A stretch of 29,643 bases of DNA, taken from the NCBI GenBank assembly GCA_045579385.1, contig JAZNMD010000181.1, positions 1 to 29,643 of the forward strand. The letters are read 5' to 3'. The position numbers and the translations under genes were made by a program. The stretch is from Clostridia bacterium (GTDB taxonomy: Bacteria > Bacillota > Clostridia > Monoglobales > Monoglobaceae). The notes under the pieces were generated by a model. The model was not told where the DNA came from, searched no databases, and saw only the letters and a program-made list of their open reading frames with translations. Shown here one piece after another: positions 8,554 through 18,227 of the stretch; within the stretch, counting starts at the first letter, position 1, and every line of letters starts with the position of its first letter.

Positions 8554-8610
8554 TGTGGACAAAGAATAGCGTAATATAAGTTATTCACAGACTTATTCAC
8601 ATTATCCACA
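8554..8610. promoter_or_regulatory. Cluster of four DnaA boxes
   Basis: TGTGGACAA (8554-8562, reverse, 1 mismatch), TTATTCACA (8581-8589), TTATTCACA (8593-8601), TTATCCACA (8602-8610). Confidence 0.75.
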
Positions 8611-8769
8611 TTGTTAACTATTTATTTAAAAAATCGGGGTAGAAAAAGGTCGAAATTGGGGAAAACCCCTATTTTACGCTATAAAAAATAAAATGTAAAA
8701 ATTTGCCTTTTGGTTTACAATAATTTTTTAACAAATAAAAGTCAGATTAAAAAAATACAGGAGTAAAAA

Positions 8770-9318
8770 ATGGTAAAAAGAATAGTTGTGCCGCTTAGCA
8801 AAGAGGTCGTTGAAACGCTCAGATGTGGAGAGCGTGTTTTGATCAGCGGCAGGATATATACTGCAAGAGATGCAGCGCACAAAAGGATGACAGAGGCGTT
8901 GGCTCGTGGCGAGGAATTGCCTTTCAAAATAGATGGAGAAATTATTTACTATGCCGGACCCGCGCCTGCAGCTCCGGGACGGGTTATTGGCTCGTGCGGA
9001 CCAACCACAAGCGGACGAATGGACGCATATGCACCTTCGCTTATCAGACTGGGACTTAAGGGTATGATTGGCAAAGGCGAACGCAGTGCTGAAGTCATTT
9101 CTGCGATGAAAGAGTGCAAAAGTGTATATTTTGGTGCGATTGGCGGTGCGGGTGCTTTGATTGCAGAGTGCGTCAAATCGGCGGAGCTTGTTGCGTATGA
9201 GGATTTGGGAACTGAAGCTGTGCGTTGTCTTACGGTTGAGGATTTTCCTGCGGTGGTTGTAATTGACAGCCTTGGAAGTAGCCTTTACGACAAACATACT
9301 CGAAGAGAAATTCTTTAA
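8770..9318 (+). CDS. Fe-S hydro-lyase (fumarate hydratase / tartrate dehydratase) beta subunit
   Basis: YTARDAAHKR, YYAGPAP, GPTTSGRMD, IGKG, YEDLGTEA, VIDSLG. Confidence 0.92.
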   Translation: MVKRIVVPLSKEVVETLRCGERVLISGRIYTARDAAHKRMTEALARGEELPFKIDGEIIYYAGPAPAAPGRVIGSCGPTTSGRMDAYAPSLIRLGLKGMIGKGERSAEVISAMKECKSVYFGAIGGAGALIAECVKSAELVAYEDLGTEAVRCLTVEDFPAVVVIDSLGSSLYDKHTRREIL

Positions 9319-9324
9319 AAGTAC

Positions 9325-9353
9325 TTGCAAATATTATAAAAATGGGGTATACT
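9325..9353 (+). promoter_or_regulatory. Sigma-A promoter of the DUF1858 gene
   Basis: TTGCAA-17 nt-TATACT. Confidence 0.6.
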
Positions 9354-9428
9354 GTAAATGTAGCCGGTGCTGCATAAAAAGTCTTTGCAATACCGGAAAT
9401 GAATTAACATAAAAGGAGAATACAGAAA

Positions 9429-9638
9429 ATGGCAAAAGTAACAAAGGATACAATAATACTTGACGTTCTTCAGTTGGATCCCGGAACAGCACCATTTTTC
9501 CTTGAGATAGGAATGCATTGCTTAGGATGTCCATCGGCAAGCGGCGAAAGCATAGAACAGGCTTGTATAGTGCATGGTACTGATGCAGACGAGCTTGTTG
9601 ATAAAATCAACGCCTATTTGGAGAGTAAGGAAGCTTAG
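9429..9638 (+). CDS. DUF1858 / hybrid-cluster-protein-associated redox disulfide domain protein
   Basis: GMHCLGCPSASGESIEQACIVHG signature; AAGGAG RBS. Confidence 0.88.
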   Translation: MAKVTKDTIILDVLQLDPGTAPFFLEIGMHCLGCPSASGESIEQACIVHGTDADELVDKINAYLESKEA

Positions 9639-9671
9639 ATTAGCTTTTAAACTTTGGATTATCAAGGGTTT

Positions 9672-9706
9672 GCCGCATGAAAGAATTCTTTTGCGGCTAA
9701 CTTTTT
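9672..9706 (+). terminator. Probable terminator of the DUF1858 gene
   Basis: GCCGCA...TGCGGC stem with inner AAAGAA/TTCTTT pairing, followed by a T-rich tract. Confidence 0.5.
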
Positions 9707-9777
9707 GCTTTTTAAGCCGACTCACTTTGGTTTAAGAGGTATATCGGGAAAAATTTTTTGAAAATTTAAAAATAATG

Positions 9778-9806
9778 TTGACAAATATATATATTTTGTG
9801 TATAAT
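9778..9806 (+). promoter_or_regulatory. Consensus sigma-A promoter of the tRNA-Val pair
   Basis: TTGACA-17 nt-TATAAT (perfect consensus). Confidence 0.85.
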
Positions 9807-9846
9807 GATTGCTGACGCTCTTGATGAAGCGTGAATTTTAAGGTAT

Positions 9847-9922
9847 GGGCGCATAGCTCAGCTGGGAGAGCATCTGCCTTACAAGCAGAGGGTCATAGGT
9901 TCGAGCCCTATTGTGCCCACCA
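9847..9922 (+). tRNA. tRNA-Val(TAC), copy 1
   Basis: 76-nt cloverleaf; anticodon arm TCTGC-CTTACAA-GCAGA; GGTTCGAG T-loop; encoded CCA. Confidence 0.97.
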
Positions 9923-9959
9923 TTCCTTTTAACAAGCAATTCAATAGAGCCAATTATGT

Positions 9960-10035
9960 GGGCGCATAGCTCAGCTGGGAGAGCATCTGCCTTACAAGCA
10001 GAGGGTCATAGGTTCGAGCCCTATTGTGCCCACCA
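9960..10035 (+). tRNA. tRNA-Val(TAC), copy 2 (identical to copy 1)
   Basis: Same 76-nt sequence, 37-nt spacer from copy 1. Confidence 0.97.
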
Positions 10036-10062
10036 CATTTTCTTTTATCGGGGAAGTTAAAA

Positions 10063-10557
10063 ATGATGCTTGATTTATCGCCGATTATCAATTATGAAGG
10101 AAAGACATTGCCGGTTGAAGCTGAACTTGAGCTTTCTGCAAGCGAGGCAGGACTTGTGTTTTTTAAGCCTGTTAAGGTTTCGGGGCAGATGACAAACATT
10201 GGCGGCAGTATTGAACTTTCGTGTGATATAACCGCAATGCTTCTCTGCGCTTGCGACAGATGTTGCGGAGAGTTTAAGGATGAATTTAAGTGTGTGCTTA
10301 GCGAGACCTTAAGAAAGGAATCGATGAAAGCCGAAAGCGGAGAAAATCCCGATGTGATTTATTTTCAGGGAAGTCAGATTTCATTATCAGAGCTTGTGCT
10401 TAATACGATAATTGTTTCGCTTCCGTCCAAGCTTTTATGCAAGGAAGATTGCCGCGGACTGTGTCCAAGCTGCGGTGCAGATCTTAATCTGGGGGATTGC
10501 GGGTGCGACACAAGACCTGTTGACCCAAGGTTTGATATATTGGACAAACTGTTTTAA
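10063..10557 (+). CDS. yceD: DUF177/YceD family protein (ribosome-associated, Zn-binding)
   Basis: CDRC and LCKEDCRGLCPSCGADLN...C.C....DPRF motifs; lies upstream of rpmF. Start moved to ATG 10063 because the track start overlaps the tRNA. Confidence 0.9.
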   Translation: MMLDLSPIINYEGKTLPVEAELELSASEAGLVFFKPVKVSGQMTNIGGSIELSCDITAMLLCACDRCCGEFKDEFKCVLSETLRKESMKAESGENPDVIYFQGSQISLSELVLNTIIVSLPSKLLCKEDCRGLCPSCGADLNLGDCGCDTRPVDPRFDILDKLF

Positions 10558-10622
10558 GTAGATTATGCAAAGGTGTACGCTTTTGTTAAAAATATATTTG
10601 ATTGGAAAGAGGTGTAGCTGAT

Positions 10623-10802
10623 ATGGCAGTTCCAAAGAGAAAAACATCTAAAGCAAGAAGAGATAAAAGAAGAGCAAATTGGAAGCTTTTGATTCCCGGT
10701 ATGGTAGCTTGTCCTCAGTGTGGTGAATTTAAAATGCCTCACAGAGCTTGCAAGGCTTGTGGACATTATAAGGGTAAAGAAGTTATAAAGGTTGAGGCGT
10801 AA
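10623..10802 (+). CDS. rpmF: 50S ribosomal protein L32 (Zn-ribbon form)
   Basis: [18 protein letters not shown]...CPQC...[10 protein letters not shown]; GAGGT RBS. Confidence 0.97.
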   Translation: MAVPKRKTSKARRDKRRANWKLLIPGMVACPQCGEFKMPHRACKACGHYKGKEVIKVEA

Positions 10803-10863
10803 GCCTTATCTTTGAAGGTTGTTTTTGACAAACCTTAAAATCTTTTTGTTTTAATCATTAAGG

Positions 10864-10900
10864 CTCGTGTCGGACAACAGATGTCCGGTGCGGGTTTTTT
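10864..10900 (+). terminator. Terminator downstream of rpmF
   Basis: CTCGTGTCGGACA-ACAGA-TGTCCGGTGCGGG (several G-U pairs) followed by TTTTTT. Confidence 0.7.
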
Positions 10901-10957
10901 TGTTTGTCATTAGAGACTTTCTGTAAAAAAATTTACAAATTGTTTTTTATAAAAATA

Positions 10958-10986
10958 TTGTAATCACTGTGCAAATATGTTAAAAT
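10958..10986 (+). promoter_or_regulatory. Sigma-A promoter (extended -10) of the DUF624...rodA operon
   Basis: TTGTAA-17 nt-TAAAAT with TGn before the -10. Confidence 0.55.
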
Positions 10987-11022
10987 ATTAAATGTGTATT
11001 TTAAATTAAGAGGGGAAATATA

Positions 11023-11949
11023 ATGTTTTTTGGAAACAATTATCAAAGGCCGGGGAAAGGGGTTAACAAGCGCCCCGAGGGGACTCCCAGAATTTCTATA
11101 TTTTTTGAAATTCTCTGGATGAAGCTCTGGAGCCTTTGTAAGCTGAGCGTACTTTATGTAATTTCTGCAATACCGACACTAATTGTTGTGATGTTTTTTG
11201 CAGGGGCGATTTCGTCGCCGATTACAAATTCAGTAAGCTCTTTTCTTTTATTCTCGAATGAAACAAATTCGCAAGTTTCATTGAACCCGGACGAGATAAT
11301 GGTAAGCCTTGTCTGGTTGGATTTTTCGATAAGATTTTTTGTGGGGCTGCTTTTTATGGTGTTCTTGGGTATGGGACCCGTTACCGCAGGGGCATCATTT
11401 GTAGTTAGAAATTTTGCTCGTGAAGAGCAGGCTTGGGTCTGGAGCGACTTCTGGCAGCACGCAAAGTCTAATTTCGGGCAGGCGCTCATTGTCTGGATTT
11501 TGGACATTCTGGTTTGCTTCGTGCTGGGTACTGCTGCTAAATTCTACTCCAATATGGGCGGTGCAGGAGTGATTTTGACGGCGTTTATGTTGTCGATAGT
11601 CATAATTTATATAATGATGCATTTTTATATCTATCAGCTGATGGTAACGTTCAAGCTTTCAATTGCACAGCTTTTTAAAAATTCGCTTGCTTTTGCGATT
11701 TCGAATTTATTTAAAAATCTTTTGCTGTTAGTTGTACTTGCTCTGTTACATATCGGCATAGCACTTACGCTTGCGCTTACAGCAAACCTTATGTTCTTGT
11801 TGTTGTTTATGCTTCTTGAAGTGGTGCTGCTGGTCGCAGTTTCGGCATTTACCACAAACTTTTTTGTGTATCCAATCACAGAAAAATATATTAAATTGGC
11901 AGATGAAAAAATTGAGGCTGAGGCAGATGCCTCCCAACTCGCGGAATAA
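11023..11949 (+). CDS. DUF624/YesL-like polytopic membrane protein
   Basis: N-terminal RPGKGV, then GPVTAGASFVVRNFAREE...WSDFW and several hydrophobic helices. Confidence 0.7.
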   Translation: MFFGNNYQRPGKGVNKRPEGTPRISIFFEILWMKLWSLCKLSVLYVISAIPTLIVVMFFAGAISSPITNSVSSFLLFSNETNSQVSLNPDEIMVSLVWLDFSIRFFVGLLFMVFLGMGPVTAGASFVVRNFAREEQAWVWSDFWQHAKSNFGQALIVWILDILVCFVLGTAAKFYSNMGGAGVILTAFMLSIVIIYIMMHFYIYQLMVTFKLSIAQLFKNSLAFAISNLFKNLLLLVVLALLHIGIALTLALTANLMFLLLFMLLEVVLLVAVSAFTTNFFVYPITEKYIKLADEKIEAEADASQLAE

Positions 11950-11977
11950 ATAAAAAATTTGAAAGGTGATGATTTAA

Positions 11978-13597
11978 ATGAAAAAGAACAACCACTATCC
12001 CTATTATGAAATGCCGGAGATCAATGATTTCCGCCACTTTGTAGATTTTATGAGGGAAAATTACAAGGACAACATTGCTTTTATGTTTGAAGAAAATAAA
12101 AAAGATGTTGAGGTAAATTATGCAAAGTTTACTGACGATATCGACAATCTTATTGCATATTTCCTGGGAGCAGGGTTAAAGGATGATAAAATCGCACTTT
12201 ATGGCGAAAACAGCTATAAGTGGATTGTTACATATTTTGCGGCAATTGCCAGCGGAAACATTATTGTTCCGATTGACAAGGAGCTTTTGGGTGCAGATAT
12301 CAAGACTTTGGTAAATGATTGCGAGGCAAAAGTTCTTGTTTATTCTGCATCAAAAGCCGGTATAATTGAAGAAGTTAAGGCTGATATGCCAAGCGTGGAA
12401 GCTTTTGAAGAAATTACAAATCTCGAACAGCTTTTTGAAAAGGGAGCTGCATTGATTGCATCGGGAGAGGTTGATGTAAAAGCGGTTTCTCAGGACGTTG
12501 AAAAGATGTGTGCTCTTATCTATACTTCGGGAACAACAGGCAATCCCAAGGGCGTTATGCTGTGCCAGAGAAACCTTTTGTTTGATATGACACACAGCTG
12601 CAGCAACCTTTTAGAGCCGCCCAACACAGTAGCAGTACTTCCGCTCAATCATACCTTTGGTATGATGGCAAGTGTGCTTTGTCAGGTGTATGCAGGGTAC
12701 AGAACTTATATAAATAACAACCTGAGAAATGTATTAAAAGATATAAATACATTAAAGCCGGCACATATTTCAGTTGTACCTTTGTTTGCAGATACATTCT
12801 ATAAGGGAATCTGGAAAAATGCTAAGAAAACAGGCAAAGATAAACTGCTTAAAGTGATGATTAAGGTCAGCAATGCACTTCGAAAGATTGGTATTGATTT
12901 AAGAAGAGTTTTCTTTAAATCTGTTATAGCTGCATTTGGCGGAAATCTTGAAATGCTGATAGTTGGCGGTGCTCCGCTTGATTTGACGGTTGCAAAGGGC
13001 TTTGAGGATTTGGGTATTACTGTTATCGGCGGCTTTGGTATTACCGAGTGTTCGCCAATTGTCTCAACTGACAGAAATCACGATTACAAGTTTGGCAGTG
13101 CAGGGCTTCCTATCCCCGGCGTTGAAGTAAAGATTGATAACCCTGACGAAAAGGGCGAAGGAGAGCTTTTGATCAAGGGCCCCATTGTTATGCTTGGTTA
13201 CTACAACAACCCCGAAGCAACTGCTGAGGTGTTTGATGGCGAATGGTTCCGCACAGGCGATATAGGAAGAATAGATGAAGAAGGCTTTATCTTCATAACC
13301 GGAAGAAAAAAGAATATTATCATTACTTCAAACGGAAAGAATGTTTATCCTGAGGAAATAGAAGCTGTTATCCAGAAGGTTGAAGGCGTTGGCGAAGTGC
13401 TTGTGTTTGACGACGGAGGCGTGATTTGTGCTGAAATCTATACCGAGCTCAAAGAAGAAAAGGACAGAATAAAAGCAGAGGTGCAGGCACTTAACAAGAC
13501 CTTACCGTCATACAAACAGGTGCAGAAGGTTATCTTCCGTGATACTGAGTTTGAAAAAACTACCACAAAAAAGATTAAGAGATTTTTGAGGAAATAA
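11978..13597 (+). CDS. Long-chain acyl-CoA synthetase (AMP-binding enzyme)
   Basis: [54 protein letters not shown]. Confidence 0.9.
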   Translation: MKKNNHYPYYEMPEINDFRHFVDFMRENYKDNIAFMFEENKKDVEVNYAKFTDDIDNLIAYFLGAGLKDDKIALYGENSYKWIVTYFAAIASGNIIVPIDKELLGADIKTLVNDCEAKVLVYSASKAGIIEEVKADMPSVEAFEEITNLEQLFEKGAALIASGEVDVKAVSQDVEKMCALIYTSGTTGNPKGVMLCQRNLLFDMTHSCSNLLEPPNTVAVLPLNHTFGMMASVLCQVYAGYRTYINNNLRNVLKDINTLKPAHISVVPLFADTFYKGIWKNAKKTGKDKLLKVMIKVSNALRKIGIDLRRVFFKSVIAAFGGNLEMLIVGGAPLDLTVAKGFEDLGITVIGGFGITECSPIVSTDRNHDYKFGSAGLPIPGVEVKIDNPDEKGEGELLIKGPIVMLGYYNNPEATAEVFDGEWFRTGDIGRIDEEGFIFITGRKKNIIITSNGKNVYPEEIEAVIQKVEGVGEVLVFDDGGVICAEIYTELKEEKDRIKAEVQALNKTLPSYKQVQKVIFRDTEFEKTTTKKIKRFLRK

Positions 13598-13598
13598 T

Positions 13599-14267
13599 AT
13601 GGTTAACATCGGCAATGAGTGGGATGCTCTTTTGGCAGAAGAGTTTGAAAAAGACTATTACAAAAAATTGCGTTCGTTTCTCATAAAGGAGTATAATCAA
13701 AGGCGGATTTACCCCGATATGTATGACATTTTCAATGCACTTAAATACACATCATATAGCAGTGTCAAGGCGGTAATTATCGGTCAGGACCCATATCATG
13801 GCGAAGGGCAGGCGCACGGGCTGTGTTTTTCGGTAAAAAAGGGGATTGAACCACCGCCATCGCTTAAGAATATGTATAAGGAGCTTAAAGAAGATATCGG
13901 GTTTGTACCCCCCGCCCATGGCGAACTTGTAAAATGGGCAAAAGAGGGAGTGCTTATGCTTAATGCGGTGCTTACCGTGAGGGCAGGCGAAGCAAACAGC
14001 CACAAGGGTATGGGCTGGGAGCATTTTACCGACAAGGTGATTAAGCTGCTTAACGAGAGAGAAAAACCGATAGTGTTTATATTGTGGGGTGGAAACGCCC
14101 GTCGCAAAAAAGAGCTTATTACAAATCCCCGACATAAAGTGCTGGAGGCGGCGCATCCAAGCCCGCTTTCGGCATACAATGGGTTTTTCGGTTGCAGACA
14201 TTTTTCAAAAACCAATGAAATCCTAAAGCAGATGGGACAGACCCCTATTGACTGGAGTCTGGATTAG
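13599..14267 (+). CDS. ung: Uracil-DNA glycosylase (family 1)
   Basis: GQDPYH, PPPSL, LNAVLTV, LWG, HPSPLS. Confidence 0.97.
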   Translation: MVNIGNEWDALLAEEFEKDYYKKLRSFLIKEYNQRRIYPDMYDIFNALKYTSYSSVKAVIIGQDPYHGEGQAHGLCFSVKKGIEPPPSLKNMYKELKEDIGFVPPAHGELVKWAKEGVLMLNAVLTVRAGEANSHKGMGWEHFTDKVIKLLNEREKPIVFILWGGNARRKKELITNPRHKVLEAAHPSPLSAYNGFFGCRHFSKTNEILKQMGQTPIDWSLD

Positions 14268-14281
14268 TACGGAGGAAAGTT

Positions 14282-15007
14282 ATGAGAAATACGGTAAATA
14301 TCCTTGGGGTTAATGTGGACAAGGTGACGTTTGACGAGGCTCTTTCCAAGGCGGAGGCGCTTTTGGAAAGTGATGGAGCGTCAGCAATATTTACGCCAAA
14401 CCCTGAAATTATTATGCTTGCGTGCGAAGATGCAGAAATGATGGGAATTTTAAATTCTGCCGATCTTTGCACAGCAGACGGGATAGGTGTGGTTTATGGT
14501 GCTAAAATATTAAAGCAGCCTGTTCCTGAGCGCGTTGCAGGGTTTGACCTTACTTGTGCCCTTTTGGAAAAGCTTTCAAAAAAAGGATATGGAGTGTTCC
14601 TTTTTGGTGCAAAACCTGGGGTTGCTGATATGGCAAAGGCAAAGCTTGAAGAGAAATACCCCGGAATTTTGATTTCAGGAACAAGAAATGGTTACTTCAG
14701 ACCCGAGGACGAAGAGAAAATCGTTGAAGAAATAAATTCGTCAGGCGCCAAACTTTTGCTTGTCTGTCTGGGGGCACCCAAACAGGAAAAATGGATAGCG
14801 GCTCATCGGGACAAGCTAAGCGTAAATCTTTGTATGGGCGTTGGCGGAACCTTAGATGTTATTGCTGGGGTTACGCAACGTGCTCCGGAAATATTTATAA
14901 AGCTAAATCTTGAATGGGCGTACAGAATACTTAAAAATCCGTCAAGAATAGGGCGGTTTATGGCACTTCCAAAATTTGCGTTAAGAGTGATTTTCAAAGG
15001 AAAGTAG
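14282..15007 (+). CDS. tagA: WecB/TagA/CpsF family glycosyltransferase (N-acetylmannosaminyltransferase)
   Basis: TPNPE, ADGIGV, ERVAGFDL, LGAPKQE, GVGGTLD, LEWAYR. Confidence 0.9.
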   Translation: MRNTVNILGVNVDKVTFDEALSKAEALLESDGASAIFTPNPEIIMLACEDAEMMGILNSADLCTADGIGVVYGAKILKQPVPERVAGFDLTCALLEKLSKKGYGVFLFGAKPGVADMAKAKLEEKYPGILISGTRNGYFRPEDEEKIVEEINSSGAKLLLVCLGAPKQEKWIAAHRDKLSVNLCMGVGGTLDVIAGVTQRAPEIFIKLNLEWAYRILKNPSRIGRFMALPKFALRVIFKGK

Positions 15008-15018
15008 AGGATGCAAAA

Positions 15019-15555
15019 ATGCTTTATATGTTTTTGGCCGATGGCTTTGAAGAGACCGAGGCAATAGGTTCCTTAGATGTTATAAGACGTGCAGGGCTTG
15101 ACATAAAAACCGTGTCGATTGGAGACCGGATTGTCAGCGGAAGCCATGGCGTAGCAGTCAAGGCAGATATATTGGAAACTGAAATCGATTTTGATTCTAT
15201 GGATGGCATTATTCTGCCGGGGGGACTTCCCGGTACCACAAATTTGCAAAAAAACAGCACTGTACAGCGTTCTGTTGAACTTTGCAAAAGTGAGGGGCTG
15301 CTAATGGCGGCTATCTGTGCTGCTCCATTGATTTTGGGAGAAAGTGGGGCATTAAACGGACGCAAAGCGGTTTGTTACCCCGGCTTTGAAAAGCATTTAA
15401 TCGGTGCAGAGGTGCAAAACATCTTGTGTGTCACAGATAAGAATACAATCACAGCAAAGGGAGCAGGTGCTTCTATGTTGTTTGGTGCAAGTATCGTTGA
15501 TTATTTTAAAGCTGGCGAGGGCAGGAAGATTCTTGATTCAATGCAGTACGCCTGA
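15019..15555 (+). CDS. DJ-1/PfpI/YajL family protein
   Basis: GFEETE, LPGG.PG, AICAAP (nucleophile Cys), CYPG. Confidence 0.9.
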   Translation: MLYMFLADGFEETEAIGSLDVIRRAGLDIKTVSIGDRIVSGSHGVAVKADILETEIDFDSMDGIILPGGLPGTTNLQKNSTVQRSVELCKSEGLLMAAICAAPLILGESGALNGRKAVCYPGFEKHLIGAEVQNILCVTDKNTITAKGAGASMLFGASIVDYFKAGEGRKILDSMQYA

Positions 15556-15572
15556 TTTTTTGGAGTGGTTAT

Positions 15573-16478
15573 ATGTCGGATAAAAAGTATGCTCTCAGGA
15601 AACGTGTCAAAAGTGTCAGATGGATGATATTCTGGGTTGTTCTGGCGCAGTTTGCGGCAGAAATAACAATCGAAGCGGCGGTAAGCTTTATGGCAAACCC
15701 GCCTCATCGGTATATCCGGATTGCCCTTGTTGAGCTTATTGCCATCGGCATACCCATCAGTATTTATGCTCACACTATCTGGAGCGGCAAAGGGGTCAAA
15801 AAAGAACTTTGCCTGAGCAGATGCAGCGTGCTTGAGGGGCTGCTTGCAATCGGACTTGGCGTTTCGGGGCAGTTTGTGATGATGGTACTCAATATTCCTG
15901 CAAATTATCTGCTTACCACTTTTTTTGACAAGCAAAGTGCTGACGTAATCCCCGTTGCAACCCAGTGGTATGAGATAATACTGGGAATTGGTGCATTGGT
16001 TATAGTTCCCGCGGTTTTGGAGGAATTCTGGATGAGGGGAATTATATTCCACGCTTACAGTCGGTGTAATACAAAAGGGGCAGTGATATTTACGGGTTTT
16101 ATTTTTGCATTACTGCATTTCAAAATGAGCGAATTTGCGGGCTTTTTGCTTATGGGGATAACAGCTTCAATCATTATGCTTAAAACAAAGTCACTTTATG
16201 CCGCTATGCTTTATCATGCATTCAGCAATCTGACTGCACTGTTTTTCGGTGCATATATCGTGCCATATATAGCGGAGTTTTTGTGGGGGACGCTTGCGAT
16301 TGCTTCGGTGGTTTTTGTGGCACTTTTTATGACTCTTGTGAAACAGAAAAATAAAATAAAAAGAAATCGCATCTTCAGCTCAGGCTCTCTTTTTATTACA
16401 AGTATATTAAGCTTGCCGGTGATTTTGAGTGTTGTTGTGGTGTGCGTAAAATTCTTTCTTTTAAAAGTTGCGGGGTGA
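15573..16478 (+). CDS. CPBP (Abi/CAAX) family intramembrane metalloprotease
   Basis: EEFWMRG, FALLH and HAFSN motifs within multiple TM helices. Confidence 0.85.
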   Translation: MSDKKYALRKRVKSVRWMIFWVVLAQFAAEITIEAAVSFMANPPHRYIRIALVELIAIGIPISIYAHTIWSGKGVKKELCLSRCSVLEGLLAIGLGVSGQFVMMVLNIPANYLLTTFFDKQSADVIPVATQWYEIILGIGALVIVPAVLEEFWMRGIIFHAYSRCNTKGAVIFTGFIFALLHFKMSEFAGFLLMGITASIIMLKTKSLYAAMLYHAFSNLTALFFGAYIVPYIAEFLWGTLAIASVVFVALFMTLVKQKNKIKRNRIFSSGSLFITSILSLPVILSVVVVCVKFFLLKVAG

Positions 16479-16483
16479 TAACC

Positions 16484-17530
16484 TTGATTAAAAATCTGTT
16501 CAATAAAGAAATAAAGCTTGACCTCAAAAAAGTATGGATTTTTTTGTGTGTAATAGCAGCTGTTTTTATACTGATTCAGGCAGTTTTAGTTCTGGGGGAT
16601 GTCTTTGGCTGGCAAAAGGACGAAACGCTAACGGTAATTATCCCTGAAAACGCTGTGGTAAGTGATATTGCGACTATTTTAAAAGAAGATGAAGTGATAC
16701 GTTATCCACTTTTATTCCGTGTGTATGAAAAGCTTGGGGGCGACAAGGTTTTTCAGCAGGGAGGACATATTTTAAACAAAAATCAAAGCTACAAAGAGAT
16801 AATCAAAAAGCTTACATCCGCACCGGACCTTACGTTTGACCAAACTGTTTCCGTGCTGATACCCGAAGGACTTGAGGCGTGGCAGATTGCAAAGCGACTG
16901 GAGGACGCGGGGATTGTGGACAGCGATGCGTTTTTAAAAGAGCTTGATGAGGGTGAGTTTGATTTTGAATTTATAAAAGATATAAAAAGAAAAGAAAATC
17001 GCTTAGAGGGGTACTTGTTCCCTGCAACCTATGAATTTTTTGTAGGGGAAGGCGAACACAGTGCGATAAATCGTATGCTTGAGGCATTCGAAGCACGGGT
17101 TTTGCCTATTTATGAACAGTCGGGTACAAAATATTCATTGGATGAAATTGTGACGATGGCGTCTTTGGTAGAAAGAGAAGCAGCAAATGACAACGAACGT
17201 GGAAAGGTTGCGTCGGTGTTTTACAACCGGATTGACCGGGATATGACTTTGGGGTCATGTGCAACAGTGCAGTATATACTCAAGGAACGCAAAACCATCT
17301 TGTCCAATGCGGATACAAAAATCAAGTCGGATTACAACACATATATAAACAGGGGTCTGCCGATAGGGCCGATTGCATCTCCCGGAGAGGCGTCGGTAAA
17401 GGCGGCACTTTATCCTGAGGACACGGATTATCTTTATTTTGCCGCAAGGATGGACGGAAGTGAAAACCTTTTCAGCAAAACACACGCCGAGCATCTGGAA
17501 AAAGTGCGGATTTTGCAAAACGGAAATTAA
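16484..17530 (+). CDS. mltG: Endolytic transglycosylase MltG
   Basis: Single N-terminal TM; LEGYLFPATY, ASLVERE (catalytic Glu), YNTY...GLPIGPIASPG, LYF. TTG start at 16484 chosen for its GGGGTG RBS. Confidence 0.92.
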   Translation: MIKNLFNKEIKLDLKKVWIFLCVIAAVFILIQAVLVLGDVFGWQKDETLTVIIPENAVVSDIATILKEDEVIRYPLLFRVYEKLGGDKVFQQGGHILNKNQSYKEIIKKLTSAPDLTFDQTVSVLIPEGLEAWQIAKRLEDAGIVDSDAFLKELDEGEFDFEFIKDIKRKENRLEGYLFPATYEFFVGEGEHSAINRMLEAFEARVLPIYEQSGTKYSLDEIVTMASLVEREAANDNERGKVASVFYNRIDRDMTLGSCATVQYILKERKTILSNADTKIKSDYNTYINRGLPIGPIASPGEASVKAALYPEDTDYLYFAARMDGSENLFSKTHAEHLEKVRILQNGN

Positions 17531-17556
17531 AAAACTGATTAAAGAAGGGTGCCTGA

Positions 17557-18219
17557 ATGAAAGCCTGGATAGAAGAGGATAATATAAATTATGAATATAT
17601 AATACGATACTTAAGGGATACCATCCCTCAAAGCGAAGGACAGCTCTTTGAAATGGAGCAGTATGCCAAAAAAAACGAGGTGCCTATCTCTCAACCGGAG
17701 AGTATACGATTGATAGAGGTCCTGCTTAAAATGATGAGAGCAGAAAAAATTCTTGAAATAGGCTCGGCGATTGGGTACTCGGCAATAAGAATGAGCAGAG
17801 CAACAAACGCTGAAGTGATAACGGTTGAGCTGTCTGATGAGATGGCAGATATTGCAGAGGAAAATTTCAAAAAAGCCGGGCTCAGCGAAAAAATCCGACT
17901 TATTCGTGGCGATGGTAGACAGGTGCTTGAAGAAATGGCAGGAAAAGAGCTTTTTGACGTTATATTTGTGGATGCTGCCAAGGGACAATATATGGAGATT
18001 TTTGACGATTGCACAAGGCTTTTAAAAAAAGGCGGAGTTTTGATTTCCGATAATATTTTGTATAAGGGAATGACAGCAACAGACGAGCTTGTGGTAAGGC
18101 GGAAAATTACCATAGTAAGACGCCTGCGTGCATATCTTGAAATGCTTAAAAACAATAAAAATTTCAGTACAGCTATTGTGCCGATAGGCGATGGCGTTGC
18201 ACTCAGCTTTAAGGAGTGA
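17557..18219 (+). CDS. O-methyltransferase, YrrM/TrmR family (probable tRNA ho5U34 methyltransferase)
   Basis: LEIGSAIGYSA SAM motif, FDVIFVDAAKGQY, DN, PIGDG; lies directly after mltG as yrrL-yrrM does in Bacillus. Confidence 0.8.
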   Translation: MKAWIEEDNINYEYIIRYLRDTIPQSEGQLFEMEQYAKKNEVPISQPESIRLIEVLLKMMRAEKILEIGSAIGYSAIRMSRATNAEVITVELSDEMADIAEENFKKAGLSEKIRLIRGDGRQVLEEMAGKELFDVIFVDAAKGQYMEIFDDCTRLLKKGGVLISDNILYKGMTATDELVVRRKITIVRRLRAYLEMLKNNKNFSTAIVPIGDGVALSFKE

Positions 18220-18227
18220 GATAGGAA

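Noticed and set aside
8434-8769. DnaA-box region as oriC
   Set aside because: No dnaA/dnaN nearby, no clear DnaA-trio/DUE array, and gene orientation does not switch here. Kept only as a non-origin cluster.
9847-10035. Duplicated tRNA-Val as attL/attR of an integrated element
   Set aside because: Both copies are full-length and only 37 nt apart, with no integrase or cargo between them.
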